Source: Callorhinchus milii
Lineage: Eukaryota
DNA length: 64,000 nucleotides
NCBI RefSeq assembly: GCF_018977255.1
Contig: NW_024704742.1
Location: 48,238,001 to 48,302,000 of the forward strand
Reading direction: 5' to 3'
Part shown: positions 26,165-39,789 of the stretch, one piece after another
How the letters are laid out: each line of letters opens with the position of its first letter
How positions within the stretch are numbered: the first letter of the stretch is position 1
Made by a program: the position numbers and the translations under genes
The notes under the pieces: generated by a model
What the model saw: only the letters and a program-made list of their open reading frames with translations
What the model was told of the DNA's origin: nothing
The model's database searches: none

Positions 26165-27700
26165 TTCTGCTGACTTCTCCTTCCTTATCTCCTCCCTCAG
26201 TCTCTCCCTCCACATCCACTCCACCAACCACATCCGCGGTCACCCCCTCAACCTGGTGATCACTCGGGGTCTCACTGTCTCGGACCTCACCATCATCGAC
26301 AAAGTGATCTTGGACCATCACTTCATCTCCCTTAACTCCTCAATCCCTCTCCCCAAAAGCACCCAAACCACCTTGATCTCCTACTGCCCCTGAAAAAAAA
26401 TATCCCCCTGCTCCCTCTCGGCTGCCTTGGAGTCATCTGAACTCCTTCTTCCCTCTGGGCTGCCTCCCACAATGACCTATCCTTCTCGGTCACTCTTCTG
26501 CACAACTTCCTCTCCACTACTCTCAATTCCGTTGCTATCCTCTCTTCCTGAACTGTCACCTATTCACGTAACTTACCCTGGTACACCGGCCACCTCCGCT
26601 CCCTTAAAGCATAGGTATGTGCCGCTGAATGCACCTTAAATCAAACTTAAAGGTCCATTAGCAGATCTGGCTGAACCTTATCAAATCTTACCACTCCGCC
26701 CTCATCTCTGCTAAATCATCCTTCTACTCCAAGACAATCTTGGAGGCTAAGGACAACCCCAGGCTCCTCTTCTCCATCACCAACCAGCTCCTCCGCCCAC
26801 CCTCTCACGCTTCACCCATCCCCAACTGCGAGGCAATGCTGGAATTCCTCAAATTCAAAGTCGAGAGGATCCGCTCAGCTGCTGTCATCACTCTTATCCT
26901 TAAAAAACCCTCCCTGGACCCATTTCTACTCTCAAACTACCGCCCCATCTCCAACGTCCCTTTCCTCTCCAAGGTCCTGGAATGAGCTGTTGCTTCCCAA
27001 CTTCGCTCCTTCCTCTCCTGCCACTCCCTTCACGAACCCCTCCAGAAACAGCCCTGGTCAAAGTGACAAATGACATTCTGTCCATCAGCGACCAGGGCTC
27101 CCTCTGCCTCCTCGTCCTCCTTGACTTCTCTGCTGCCTTCAACACCGACGACTACTCTATCCTCATCCACTGCCTCTCCTCTCACCTCAACCTTCACGGC
27201 TTTGTCATTGACTGGTTCAGATCGTACCTCTCACATCGCCACCACTTTATCTCCTCAAACGGTTTCTCCTCTAGCCCCTGCACCATTTTGTGCGACGTTC
27301 TCAGGGCTCTGTTCTTGGTCCTGTCCTCTTGCATATATGCTCCCTCTTGGTGACATCATCCGCATGTCAACCTCCACATGTATGCAGATGACACCCAACT
27401 CTACCTCTCTGCCTCCACCCTTGACTCTAGCACCACTGCTGTCCTGACAGAATGTCAGTCAGACATCAAGTCCTGGATGAGAGCTAATTTTCTTCAGTTG
27501 AACATCAACAAGACCGAGGCTCTCCTGATTGGCTTCCGTCAGTGCTGACAGCATCACCATCCATGGTTGTACACTCCACCTCACTGAGCCAGTCCAGAAC
27601 CTTGGCGTCTTGTTGATCCTCAACTATCGTTTCTACCCCACATCTGTGCCATGAACCGTTCTGCCTTCCCCCACCTCCGCAACATCGCCCACCTCCGCCA
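26165..27700 (+). mobile_element. L2 LINE ORF2 remnant (endonuclease end + RT), frameshifted and internally deleted
   Basis: GHPLNLVITRG, NYRPISNVPFLSKVLE, ETALVKVTNDIL, LVLLDFSAAFNT, HMYADDTQLY. Confidence 0.93.
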
Positions 27701-29141
27701 TTGCACAATAATACACAATCCCCTTCTATATACTCCTCTAAATCACAGAATTCTCCTTTGAGGGCTGGACTTCTACGTTTCCATGTCTGCACTGCATGAA
27801 TCCCAATGAATCTCAGGGTAACGTTAATATTCCCTGGCCTGATAATAAGGATTTACTGGCTGCCCAAAGATTATTGCAATGTAACAGATACAGTTAAAAA
27901 GCATGAAACATAAAAATCATTCGAAGGCATGGAATGTGAACAAGTCATTTGGCCCACTCAAATCCAGACAAGTAGGGAGAATTTGTGCAATCAACGACGC
28001 TCCCCAACCTATTTAACCTCCTGTGAGATGCATAACTACAAGTAAACTTCCAAATGTCTGTGAAATTTCTCTCCCACCCAAAGGTAACTGAGCTCCAGAA
28101 TATTAATGTAACACTGGGTTCTACATTACTGAATCTGGATTGGTTGCATTCCACACATGACATTCCTATGTCCCCAATGGCAATGCCTATTGAGTAACTT
28201 GATCAACTAGCTTGATACTTATTCTAGCCAGATTACAGGGGTGATTCTAAGATAAGCAGGAAATTTACTGACTGTGGTGGGCGAGTGTGTTTGATTCTTT
28301 GCTGGTGGGAAAACTTTACAGATAATTGAGAAAATTCCCACTGAATCACTTCATTAACCATATCCGTTATTGTATTCTGCTTTCTATTTGATGTTTTCAA
28401 GTCGGACACAAAAAACATAATTGACCAAAAAACAGACAAAATATCTGTGGTACACACACACACACACAAATATGCAAACAAACACATACAAAAAAGGTAC
28501 AGCAAGTGACATCAGTAATGCCTCATTCAAGGTAAAGATTCTAGAAAAGGCTGTGACTTTTCAGTGAATACAGGTGATTACAATTCACTTCCTATAGACA
28601 AAACAGATTACAATAATCACTGGTTTAGTACATTTAATGCTCTTGAAGAGCATCCAATGTACCACTCGCCATACATGCAGAACTGAAATGAGAAAGGAAC
28701 TGGCATTTTTTTTAGAGTAAAAGCAATGGCTGAGATAGACTGGAACAGAGTTTGTAGATCAGTGTGAAGCATTTCTGATTTCCTTATTAAGGAATCCCAA
28801 AATCACTGCATTGTAGTCCGCAATAACTGATCAAATCCAACTTCCTAGCGACTTAATATGGTTCAGTGTAAGTGTGAAAAATTCCAGGAAAAGATGAATC
28901 ACTCAGAGAAGAATACTGAGCCTATATTGTTCGGATGCAAATAACCTAAAGATGTCAATTTAGTTCCAATGAATTTCCTCATCCACAGTGACTAGGTCGA
29001 AAGGGATGATAATGGGGAACTACTAAATCTCTCCCTTCCCTCTTTCTCCAGTCTGTCTCCCTTCCAGCACATAATGTAATTCCTGGGATATTCAAATCAC
29101 TCTGCCCACACATAGCCTTTCCAAATAGTAAATTCATATGT

Positions 29142-29543
29142 AGTGGTAAACGGGGTCTCCTCAGGGTTGAGCTGGCTCCAAGGTGACCTGCTTGGTAACA
29201 TGATATTGGAATCAATTTGCACTTCTATGACAGTTTCAATAGTCCTGTTCCTGAACCACGAAGATCTGCTATACTCTAAGGCATTACCACTGCTTATGAT
29301 GGCCCAATCATCCCAATTTACTTGAGGACTTTTGGATTTTGCTAAGCTGCGCCTAATATTTTCCAAAGTAGGAGCAGATTACATCCCTTCAGGTAGAGAG
29401 TGCGCATTCCATTCTAGACACAGTGAAATTTCCATGTGAATATCGCATGCAGATATGGAACTCTCAGTCTGGTTTTGGATATGCTTGATGGGTTTCCCAC
29501 AGTGATTTCTGTGTGTGTGGGACACCTGACTGATCAAAAAAAA
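29142..29543 (+). repeat. Unrecognised old interspersed repeat, copy 1 (A-tailed)
   Basis: Aligns by eye with the reverse complement of 33770-34342 and with 25945-26020; ends tgatcaaaaaaaa. Confidence 0.7.
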
Positions 29544-31749
29544 TTCTGAGCTCATCGCATTATTTGTTTAACTCATCTTTGGAATAAAGTGAAAGCGTAA
29601 CGTCACACGTGTAGAACTACCAGTCACGTAAGAAAGTGGGGAATGTGAAACATCATTTGGGTTGTCAAGTCATTTTACTCACACTCACACTGGATGTGAC
29701 AATGAAGTGTTGAACTCCATATCACACTCTCAGTCCCAGCAGCTGGAATACTAGAGTAGAGCTCAATGTCCTGAGAGACCGTGCATACTAGAGTCGAATT
29801 GACTGAAGCAGGACTCACAGCACATTGGGACACTGGAGCAGGCTCAATCTTCCCTCCTTCTCTTCCAGGAAACTTGCTATTTGGTTCTTCTCCTTTACTA
29901 CGTTGGTCTACAAAATACGGTCACCATGCTTCATTGGAAATCCTGTGAAGCTCTTTGAGAAGTTCAGCTGATGTGAAGGGCAATATATCAAATGAAGGAT
30001 TATTATGATTAATACTACTAACCCATCCTCCATTCCCACTTTGAGCTATCCCTGCTTCTTGAGTTGCTCCATGTGAGTTAATTGCAGTATATGGTAGTAG
30101 CTACTGTGTTTTGCTATCGGTTATTTAGTGAACTTGACCCATTTGAGCACATTGTTAAAGACTCTTGATGTTATGGCCTTTTCCCTATATCTGAGAGTAG
30201 GATGTTCTGTTTTTTTATAGCTGGGGTGTGTAGTACATAACGTGGAGATCACTCCTGGATGCCATAGGGTGCTGTTGCCGTTTCCAACACACACCATTTT
30301 AGGAGTCACTGACACATTTCCAAGCACATGACAGCCATTTTAGGTGTACATCCACCACACTGCATTCCATCAAAATGACTGGTAAAGAGGATACAATGCG
30401 CAGACTTGTACAGATGCTCTCCTCTATGAAAGATATGCAATATTCATACTGTCCTAAATACCTTAGTCCAAAGTTGCAGAGTATACGTTATACGTTGATA
30501 ATTTGGACTTTACTCAATATAAAACCAGATACAGACCAGTGCTGTAGGACATTTGACAACCATCTACTTAAGTGCTCAAGAACAATTTTAGCATTACAAT
30601 AAATGNAAAAAAAAACGTTCACTATGTTTTCAATTAAAGGGTTCGCTTCTCTTGTTGCACAGAAAAAAATCTCAGAGGAGCCGAGTGTCATTTTTACCAA
30701 TAATGCCATGTGCGGACAACTTCGTGATGTTTTCCCAAAGCAACGACACACTTTAACACAATTTGTGTTTTAACATCAAAGTGTCTCACAAATAAACACA
30801 GATCTGCCATGCAGTAATAAGTAAAAATGGCTTAACATGTCAAGTGATTGTCATTGATGCGCAAGATGGAACAGCCTGAAAGCATTTGTTGTCTTAGCTC
30901 ATACTTGAAGGGTTATTTGAGTAACTGAGCTCACACAACAATGTGGCAGCAGTCAGGAGAGGAGGGACAATAAGAAAATAAGAAACATACTCTAAAATAA
31001 ATGTCTGAAGTAATATTAGGGGTAGAATTTGTGGTATTCCATAAACTGTTCCTTAAGTTATTTAAGTCATGCTTCAGTGTTTACCAGCAAGTATACCCTC
31101 CTCTTCGGCCACCATCCTACCTTCCCTGATCCCAACAACCTCCACCCCCGCCCGCTCCGGTCCAAATCCTTGACTGTCCAGCACCTTGGGATGTCCTCCT
31201 GACATGAAAGGCGCTATACAAATGTAACTTTGTATTGTAATTTTGTATTGTAAGTAGCATGCTTCTCTGGGTAAGTGATTTGTTCCTCTCTATGACACCA
31301 TTTCCTTGGATCGTGAGCTGAGTGATTTTATTGCAATTTTTAGACCCTACATTTGGACTGTAGAGCCTGATGTGGGGATTTTAATTTACAAAATAAAAGA
31401 GCTCACCTCAGATTCCTATAAAATGGCAGCGCTAGAGCCTTGAGTGGAACAAACCACTTACCTGGAGAGAGGTGCCATCTGCTGTTATTCCTTAAATAAG
31501 TTAAGAAACCCTTTAAGGAATACTGCAAATTTCACTCCAATAATCTATAAAGGTTGTCTACCAGCTCTTTTTTAAGTTGGTGCTCTTCCACCTTGAAAAT
31601 AGACATTGTGGGAGATGACAACATTATAGATATGCAAGATGCTTCATTGGATAGAAAAGCAAATGTAGAACAATACTTTAAGATACACCAATGCATTGGA
31701 TAAGTGTTTAACATCAAGCGTTATGTTTCAGAATTATGAAGGCAGAATG

Positions 31750-32075
31750 GGAATGGTGGTGTAGTGGTGATGTTACTGGACTAGTAATCTCAACCATTGT
31801 GGGTTAGGATCCCATTATCAGTTGTGAAACTTAAATTAAAGAAGTTTGGTAATTTGAGTTAGCACCAGAAAAATACAAATACAAAAACTATAGAATTATT
31901 GCAAATAAAATTCACAAATATTCTGCTGCTATCCTTACTTGTTCTAGCCTACTTGTAATTCCAGGAGCAAACTAGATGGTTTGTTCCTAAAACCCTCTGA
32001 ACTAATTTAATAAGTCATTCAATCAGAGGATCCAGGGATTGGCAATAAATGGTGGTTCTGCCAGTGTTGCCAACA
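31750..32075 (+). mobile_element. tRNA-derived SINE of another family
   Basis: Head ggtggtgtagtggtgatgttactggactagtaat; 3' end ggcaataaatggtggttctgccagtg. Confidence 0.55.
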
Positions 32076-33229
32076 CAATTAGGGCAAATACCAAGAAGTA
32101 TTTCTTTACACTGCGGGTAAGTAAAACTGGAATGAAATACCAAGAAGGGTAGTTAACTCCAGTACATTGGACTCATGTAAGAAACAGCTTGGTGTAGTCA
32201 TGGGGAGATGCTAGGGTGGGTATTCTAGAGGGATATTATTAAGTGGAGTGACAAGCTCTCTTTATCTGAACCTCTTGTGGTGACTTACTGGATAACGTGC
32301 AGCAGCATTAGGATGTACAGACCAAATGGTTGAATGTTTGATTTCTGACCAATGCTTAATTAGCTGATCTCTGCAGGACAACAGCGGACCTCTACAATTG
32401 GCCTCAGCGTCAGCTGTGTGTTTCTGCTCCTGATCAGTTTCCAGTAGGAAAGTGCACATTTTGTGAGAACAACATTGGGCTTGGCTGTCAGGCCTTACTC
32501 GGTTGAATAACTCCATGCCCTGGCCTGAAAGGCTATTGGCAACAATGGAACTGAACGATAGGCAAGTCAGTCATTTCAGGCCAAAAAATTAGTAAAAATA
32601 TCATTTGATTGGCATTTCTAAACGAAAGAGTAATTTTTGTACTCATAAACCGATGACTGTATTAGTAAGCTGATTTTTGACACACACAAAATACATACGT
32701 GCTGAAGATTAACAATAGATGACTGCAAGTAAGTGAATTACAAGTAGTTACACTATTCAGAGGACATTATGTGCTGTGCCTGGAACTGCGTCAATTGAAG
32801 TTAGAGCTTTTTGTAAACATCTTAGAACCATTTGATAGAATATAACCATTTGGAAAGTTACAACCATTTACTTAATAACAACCAAATCCCCTTGTCAGCA
32901 TTTATATAAATGTAATCATTTTTTATTTCAGTTTACCCCCCCATCCGGCCTCCAAAAAAAGGTAAAAAAAGTGAGAGAGTGTTTCCTTCCATGGTCAAAA
33001 GGACGGAATTAAAATTGGGTGGGCGTCGTTCAAAAAAGCAGTTGAGTCGCGGTGCTAGAAGATTACAGAAATGCAAATATCACTGTAAACGAGAGCTTTG
33101 GAACAAACTGTACTCTCCGTGCACCTGTCTCAGCACTCAGCACAAAATCCAGAGATGCCACGTACCCCTGCCAACCTAGCACAAAAGATTCAACCTGTTC
33201 AACCAACGTTCTCCCCAAACAGCTCCAAC

Positions 33230-33545
33230 TAACACCCTTGTGAGAATTGTACTCTTGATTTTCTTCTTTTCCTCCCTGTGTATGTGACGAGGCTGTGCAT
33301 TTAAGGTTGGGGGGAGAGGAGAGGTGATGTATTGTGGGGGCCAGAAGGTAACTGATGACCCAATCAAAGAGATAGGTCTTCAGGTGGGATTTGAAAACAG
33401 GGAGGAAAGGGGCAAGGTGAAAGGATTTGGGGAAAGAGCGATGGAGGAGGCAAAGTGACTGAAGGCTTGCCTCCCAATGTTGAAGGGGACACGTCAGCGG
33501 GCATGAAATAGGCTGGAGTTGGAGGGGAGAAGCATATGAAAGGTA
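33230..33545 (-). mobile_element. L2 LINE 3' end
   Basis: Reverse complement of an L2 C-terminus (caaagagataggtcttcaggtggga, ctgaaggcttgcctcccaatg). Confidence 0.7.
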
Positions 33546-33769
33546 AAGAATACTGAAAGCGCAGGAGTCACTGCAAAAAGGACAATATCAAACCACAGGT
33601 TTAATCATTCACACACAGTTATGTATTAGTCAGTAGAGTGAAACTAAGCCAGAGAGGAGTGCTGAACTGAGTCATTCAAATTCAGAAGATTACACATTAA
33701 AACTTCGGAACTTGCAATGTTATGGAATGATTTTGGGGGGAAAATAAACTCAATGTAAGATTTTTATTA

Positions 33770-34342
33770 TTATTTTTGATCAGCTGGGTGTCTGACATAT
33801 GCAGAAACCCACCAACGTGCTTAAGAGGATCCAAACCAAACTCGGATTTCCATGCATCACACCTACACATGGAAATTCCAGAGATATTTATTGGAATGGA
33901 ATGTGCACGTACTCCCTAGAGGGATGTATCCTGATGCCCTAATTCTGGAGAGTATTAGACGCAGGGTGGTAAGAACAAAGGCTTGAGAATCCCAGAGTAT
34001 GTGTTGGGGTACTGCTGGACTCTGATCAATTAAAACCTCATAGCTTGCCATTGAAAGCAATGGTTGTCGAGCTAGAACCACCCTTCCCATTAGGGCATGG
34101 ATTTGCAGGATTACTGGGAGCTAAGTGTGAAGAGGCTCTTGCCCTGAGTGTCTTGTCTGCCTTTCCAAGTCCTGCCGGTGAGTGTGCTGTCATCAGCAGT
34201 GACCTGGATTATTGCAGTCCCGACTGGCTCAGGAACTGGACTACTGAGACCGCCACAGAGGGTGGGCTCAATTCTGGCATTACATTGCCAAACATGTCAG
34301 CTTGGAACCAGTTCAGCTCCAAGGACACCTCGCTTATCACCC
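33770..34342 (-). repeat. Unrecognised old interspersed repeat, copy 2
   Basis: Homologous to 29142-29543 with about 175 bp of extra internal sequence; A-rich tail near 33770. Confidence 0.7.
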
Positions 34343-37300
34343 CCCGTCCCCCACCAAGGAGAATGGTCCACATCATTGTCCAATATTTCCACATCAACTG
34401 TAAAAAGAGAAAGATATGTGTTTAGAAGCTATACTATTTGTCCACCATGCCCTTATTTAAAAAAAATCTTTTGGATTGAAGCCCTTTAGGAAAAATCATA
34501 CAAACCATTCTGATTTGTACTTAAAATCAGTCTTTGTCTAGCCTGCTCTGTCTTTTAAGTCAGAAAAGTTCTAGAATAAACCAACTTGCTTGAGCAAAGT
34601 CTGCAGGATTCATTGCTGTATTCAGGGTTGTAAATGACATTTGTCGAGATTACAAATGGGGAAAGAACTGGAGTAAATTAGGTCAGGTTTGATCTTTAGC
34701 CCTTTCTCTGTTGCAGCAACATTCAAGGTAACAGGGCAGTAAAACCTTGACATTTACTGCTGAATTCAGACATGGAGGAGAGAGTCAGAGAGGAACTCTC
34801 AACAATTTGCTGAATATGTATCTATAGAAATCTGTCTGATGTTATGTTTCTGGATTTTAAAAAAAAGGATGAAAAGACCGCCCAGTGAATTAGCACACTA
34901 GTGTTTCACCACCTAGGGCCTGAGTTTGAGTTCAAAATATTTCTTCTGTCTGTTGAATAAGTATCCTATGTGAGTTTGAGAAATTGTAATTTAGTTCCCA
35001 GTGAGCCTGTTCTCAAGATCACAAGAGAGGTTTGGATGCTCATGACTGCCCCAATTGCTTACATAAACAATTGCAACACTTGATATTTACTGTGAAGTAC
35101 TGTGAAATAGTGCAGCATGATAAAGTGCCATAAAAATGTAAGCTCTTTATTTCTTTACAGAATGGCTGAAAAATGGAAATAGATGGGTAGAGCGAACTTT
35201 ACTCTGTATGTAACTAGGCTGTTACTGATCTGGCAATGCCTGATATTAGCCCCAGTTTTGCATATTAGGAAATATTTGTCCTTTGCCAGGCTTGACATTC
35301 TTAAAATTCACTGACAGAAAAATTAACCATTGGAGGATTTTCAAAACCTACAGCTGCATTCATTCATTTCAACTTCCATTTCCAGAAGGATCCATCATTA
35401 TGAACAGAATAATGTGTCTTTGATGGTTAGAAAGAGAGAAGGAGCACACTTCAGAAACTCTGGCCTTCAACTTTACTGCTCATAATTAAGCAAACAAAAC
35501 ACACTTCATCTCAGCACATGGCTGCCACCCAGTCTGTTTTATTCGACTGAATATTATCTGTAACTTAACCTTGGCTTTCCCTATTTAACCCAAGCACCAA
35601 AAGCACATATTTAGCTGTATTCTTCCTGTAGCCTAGTTTGAGTTGTTTTCAATTAAAACATATCTGAGGTTGTCTAGAGAAAATTCAACAGATCAGTCTT
35701 AAAGACCAATTTCTTTTCTGGATGTTAGAATGTAAACTATTTTAATCTTAATGCTTCATTTGGCCTGCATATGATCAAATGTTTCAGCACAGAAACAGCC
35801 ATTCAAGTCTGCCCTGGTGTTTCTCCACATGAGTCCCCTGATCCAATCCCACTCTTTTGCTTACTCCCCTTATCATTTAACAGTCCTCCCCTTCAAACAT
35901 CTATCAGTTGTAACTCCTTTCAAAAATATTTATAGATACCAACTCAAAAACAGTTTAGCAACACAGAATCCCATATTCCACCCTTCAGGCTCTTTTGTGA
36001 GACCACCCAAACATCACTTTGTAGTGGAGACCCTATTTTATGTAAAAACTTCATAAGGAATCCAATTGGTGGATCCAACTAAAAGAAGGATAACATTGAT
36101 GACAGAATTATAAGATGAGTCTATTAGTTTTATTATTGTTATATATAACAAGTATAAAACTAATATTATTGTTATATTATATAAGAATATATAACAATAA
36201 GTCAGGCTCCATCACTGTTAAGCACTCTGAGATGCTACCCTCCGCGGAGGGCGCTCTATAAGTGCAAGTTGTTGTTGTATAATGGGATCTGGGTTAACTT
36301 TATTTTATGTTTAAAGTGTGGCTCTTGTTAAGCCAGATTTAAATCCTAAACCTCAATTGCACAGTCTAACAACATACCTTGGCTGACTGTCTCGGCTCAC
36401 ATATACACTGAATGACCACTTGGGGCCAGAACTGTAGGATGGGCGACACCTGTGGAACAGGTACCTGGAACCAGTCAGGAGAAGGAGAGGAGAAAAGACT
36501 GATGCTTATGTAAAATAGTATATCTTTTTTCAAGAGTGTGGAAAATTTGTGGGGAAAATTTCCATTTGGTGTTTTCTACTACTGAGAGCGTTTCCGATTA
36601 TGGTCAAGAATTACCAAATGCACTGCGACTAACGCTGAACTATGTTTTTAACCCTTGGGGTCAAAAAACCCGAATTCAGATAACCAAATACATTTTTTAA
36701 AAATCTGTGGCTGGAATTAGAAATGTGTGTCTCTGATGTTAGGACTCACATGTTTAACATATTCTTTTTTTTCTCAAGTTTTTGTGAACGTTTTTTGATG
36801 ATCAAGTTACAATTATGACAATTATCATCAGTTACCATTTTGTATGTCTGACGTGTAAATATCTGTTGCCCCATAGATACCAACATATCCAAATTAAGTT
36901 TAATAGCGCTTTCTTTTATAAAATAATGATCAGTTTTACAGGTTACAACGTATAACTAGCAGCGCAAGCTAAAATGTTTATTTGATTTAATTTTTTGTGT
37001 TCCTGTTAAAATGAGTTATATACATAAATGCCTGCACATACACAGAAAATAGCCACTCATCATATTCTGGGTTCAACCCAGTGGTTCAAAGGGTAAGTGC
37101 CCTGCGCTGGGTGGCACTGAGCAGGACGGCTCAAATACTGATCTGTACTGAGTTACTGATGGCGGGTAGCGATTTTTTTTATTTAAAGAATTTTATATTA
37201 TAACAAACAGCCTTCTAGTGGGCTTTCCAGCTTTCTTTTTTCATGCTTTGGTGGTTTTCAGAAATTACCACCAAAGCATCAAACCATCAATCTACCTGTG

Positions 37301-37721
37301 TTTCCTCTTCCAGATGCTGTTTAATCTGATGTGGGTTACATCAATTCTGTAGTTATTTTTGAAATATGTACAGTAGTACAGTAAGGTTGGACCCTTTAAA
37401 GTAAAGCTCCATCTGAATTATAAACTGCAAATAATTTAATACTTTAAGACAAGCAATGGATTTATATTGTTCCATTACTTAAGTATTGCAGATGTCTCTG
37501 CCGATCAGTCACTGTCCTAACCAGGCTGTCACAGTCATTACAAGGCCTTGTCAGTCTGATCTCCTTTGAGCCAACTCATTATCGCTTTTCCAGCCAGGTT
37601 TTCATGTACACAATACAACCAGCTGTCACAGTGACCTAAATTGCGACCCCTTTCGCCCACAAAATACACAGTAAAAAAACACTTTACAGTATATCTTGTG
37701 AAGCACTTTGAGATGTCTCAA

Positions 37722-38470
37722 CGACAACAACAAAATTGCATTTGTATAGCGCCTTTCACATTGGGAGGATGTCCCAAGGTGCTGGATAATCAGTGTTTGG
37801 GACCCAAGCTGGGGGTTAGGATCAGGGAGGGTGTAGGGCGAGGGTGACCGAAGGCACGGTCGAAGAGGAGGGTCTTGAGTTGGGTCTTGAAGGAGGCAAA
37901 GGAGGGACCAAGCTGGAGGGACTGCGGGATGGAGTTCCAGAGGGTGGGGACAGAGTGGCTGAAGGACCACCCGCCAATGGCGGGGTCGGTGAGGTGGGGG
38001 ATATGAAGCAAGCAAGAGTCTGCTTAGCGGAGGGAGCGGGCAGGTTGGTAGGAGGTCACAGAGGTAGGGAGGAGCAAGGCCATGGAGGGCTTTGAAAGTG
38101 AGGACCAGGATCTTGAACTGTATCCTCTGTGTGATGGGAAGCTGGGAGAGTTGGGCGAGGATGGGGTTGATAGGGTCACGGATCCTGGTGCGGGAGAGGA
38201 CATGGGCTGCAGAGTTCTGGATGATCTGCAGCCTGTGGAGGGAGGAGTTGGGGAGGCCGACAAGCAGGGAGTTTGCATAGTCAAGCCTGGATGTTATGAA
38301 TGCGTGTATGAGGGTCTCGGCAGCCTGCGGTGTGAAATGTGGCAGAGCCGGGCAATGTTGCGGAGGTGGGGGAAGGCAGAGCAGGTCATAGCATGGATGT
38401 GGGGTAGAAAGTACAGTTGAGGGTCAAACAAGATGCTGAGGTTCCGGATTGGCTCAATGAGTTGGAGTGT
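37722..38470 (-). mobile_element. L2 LINE 3' fragment
   Basis: IGGWSFSHSVPTLWNSIPQSL...FKTQLKTLLFDRAF; (TTG)n tail near 37725. Confidence 0.92.
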
Positions 38471-39789
38471 ACATAAGGCGTTATATCAAAGGCAAGGATT
38501 ATTATTATAATAATTCATAACTAGGGCATCCTGGTAGCTCCGAGACACTACTCTGAGTGAAGGGCGTTATATAAATGCACATTGTTGGATATGTCACAGC
38601 TGATCCTTTGAAATTTCACTTAAAGGAGCAGCCCTGATGATTTGTGGAGAGAGCTTCAGTTTATGGAAAAAGAGCTTACTGGATCAAGTGTTGGTTTGTT
38701 GGTCTCTGAAAGGGCTGCTTGAGGGACTAATTTGGCCTTGGTGTTCCCAGTTTAAGAGAAGGCAAAAAGCAGTTAGATTTCCTGTTCCTGGTCCCTCTAC
38801 AGCACCCTCTACAGACTGTGCATGTGTGTGTGGCGGTGAGAAGAGGTCAGTCTCTGGTGTCATGCCTTTAAAGGCGAGGAGCCTACTGATACTGATTGGC
38901 GAGGCTCACACATTATTGATGGCCAATTTGGCAGGTACAGGAAGGCAAACAACATCTGGGCAACGCACCCCATTAAGAGGAAGCCAGATCAGGAGCAGAG
39001 AAGCAACTACGAGTGGGCTGAAAATCAGAAAAAAAATTGGACAAGCTCATTTAAAAAAAAGAAATTCATCAATCTCAGATTGGACTTCGTAAAAATTCCC
39101 TTCTCTTTTCAAATAGTGCCTTGGGATCTTTAACATCCACCTGAACATGCAGATGGGACCTCGGTTTAACATCTCATCCGAGGATTGGCATCACCTAGAA
39201 TGCAACTACCACCCCTAGCTGGAGCGTCAGCTTAGATATGGGATTCCAAGTCCCGACGTGGGGCTTCAACCCACAATCTTGTCCCAGAGCGAGAGTGCTA
39301 CCAGGCTGACACACATAGGTAAGTTACTAGACTGATTCTCAGAGCCTGTGAAACCATATATATGAGTCAGCTCCTCCTGATAAGAAGAAAAAAGGAACAA
39401 AATGGAAGTGGTGGAGTAACATAGTTTAGCTGAAATTATTAAATCGCTTAGATGTTAGATTCTTAATTCAACTTAACTCCACCTTCCATTTCTATATTTA
39501 AATTCATGTCAGATGAACCATTGATCTTTAATATATAGTCTGGGCTGAATCCAGAATCAAATACATCAAATCAGCAGATCTGAAAGCACAATGAAAGCAG
39601 TTTCAGTTTAGATTTCCTCTGTGTAAAAAAAACACAAGCTAAAATGAAACTGTTTTTCACATCCTAAAATCTATTGCATCAGACTGCCACGTGAATGACT
39701 AGGGAGGTACATCTCTGCACATGATCTCACAGCATGTCCCTGTTTTTACGACAATAGTTATTGAGGCAGACCCAAATTTGTTTGGTTCT

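Noticed and set aside
30606..30606. Single N base
   Set aside because: Assembly ambiguity next to a poly-A run, not a biological feature.
31551..31703. Plus-strand frame containing IVGDDNII, resembling viral RdRp motif C
   Set aside because: Only 50 codons between stops, with no motif A or B upstream; most likely chance.
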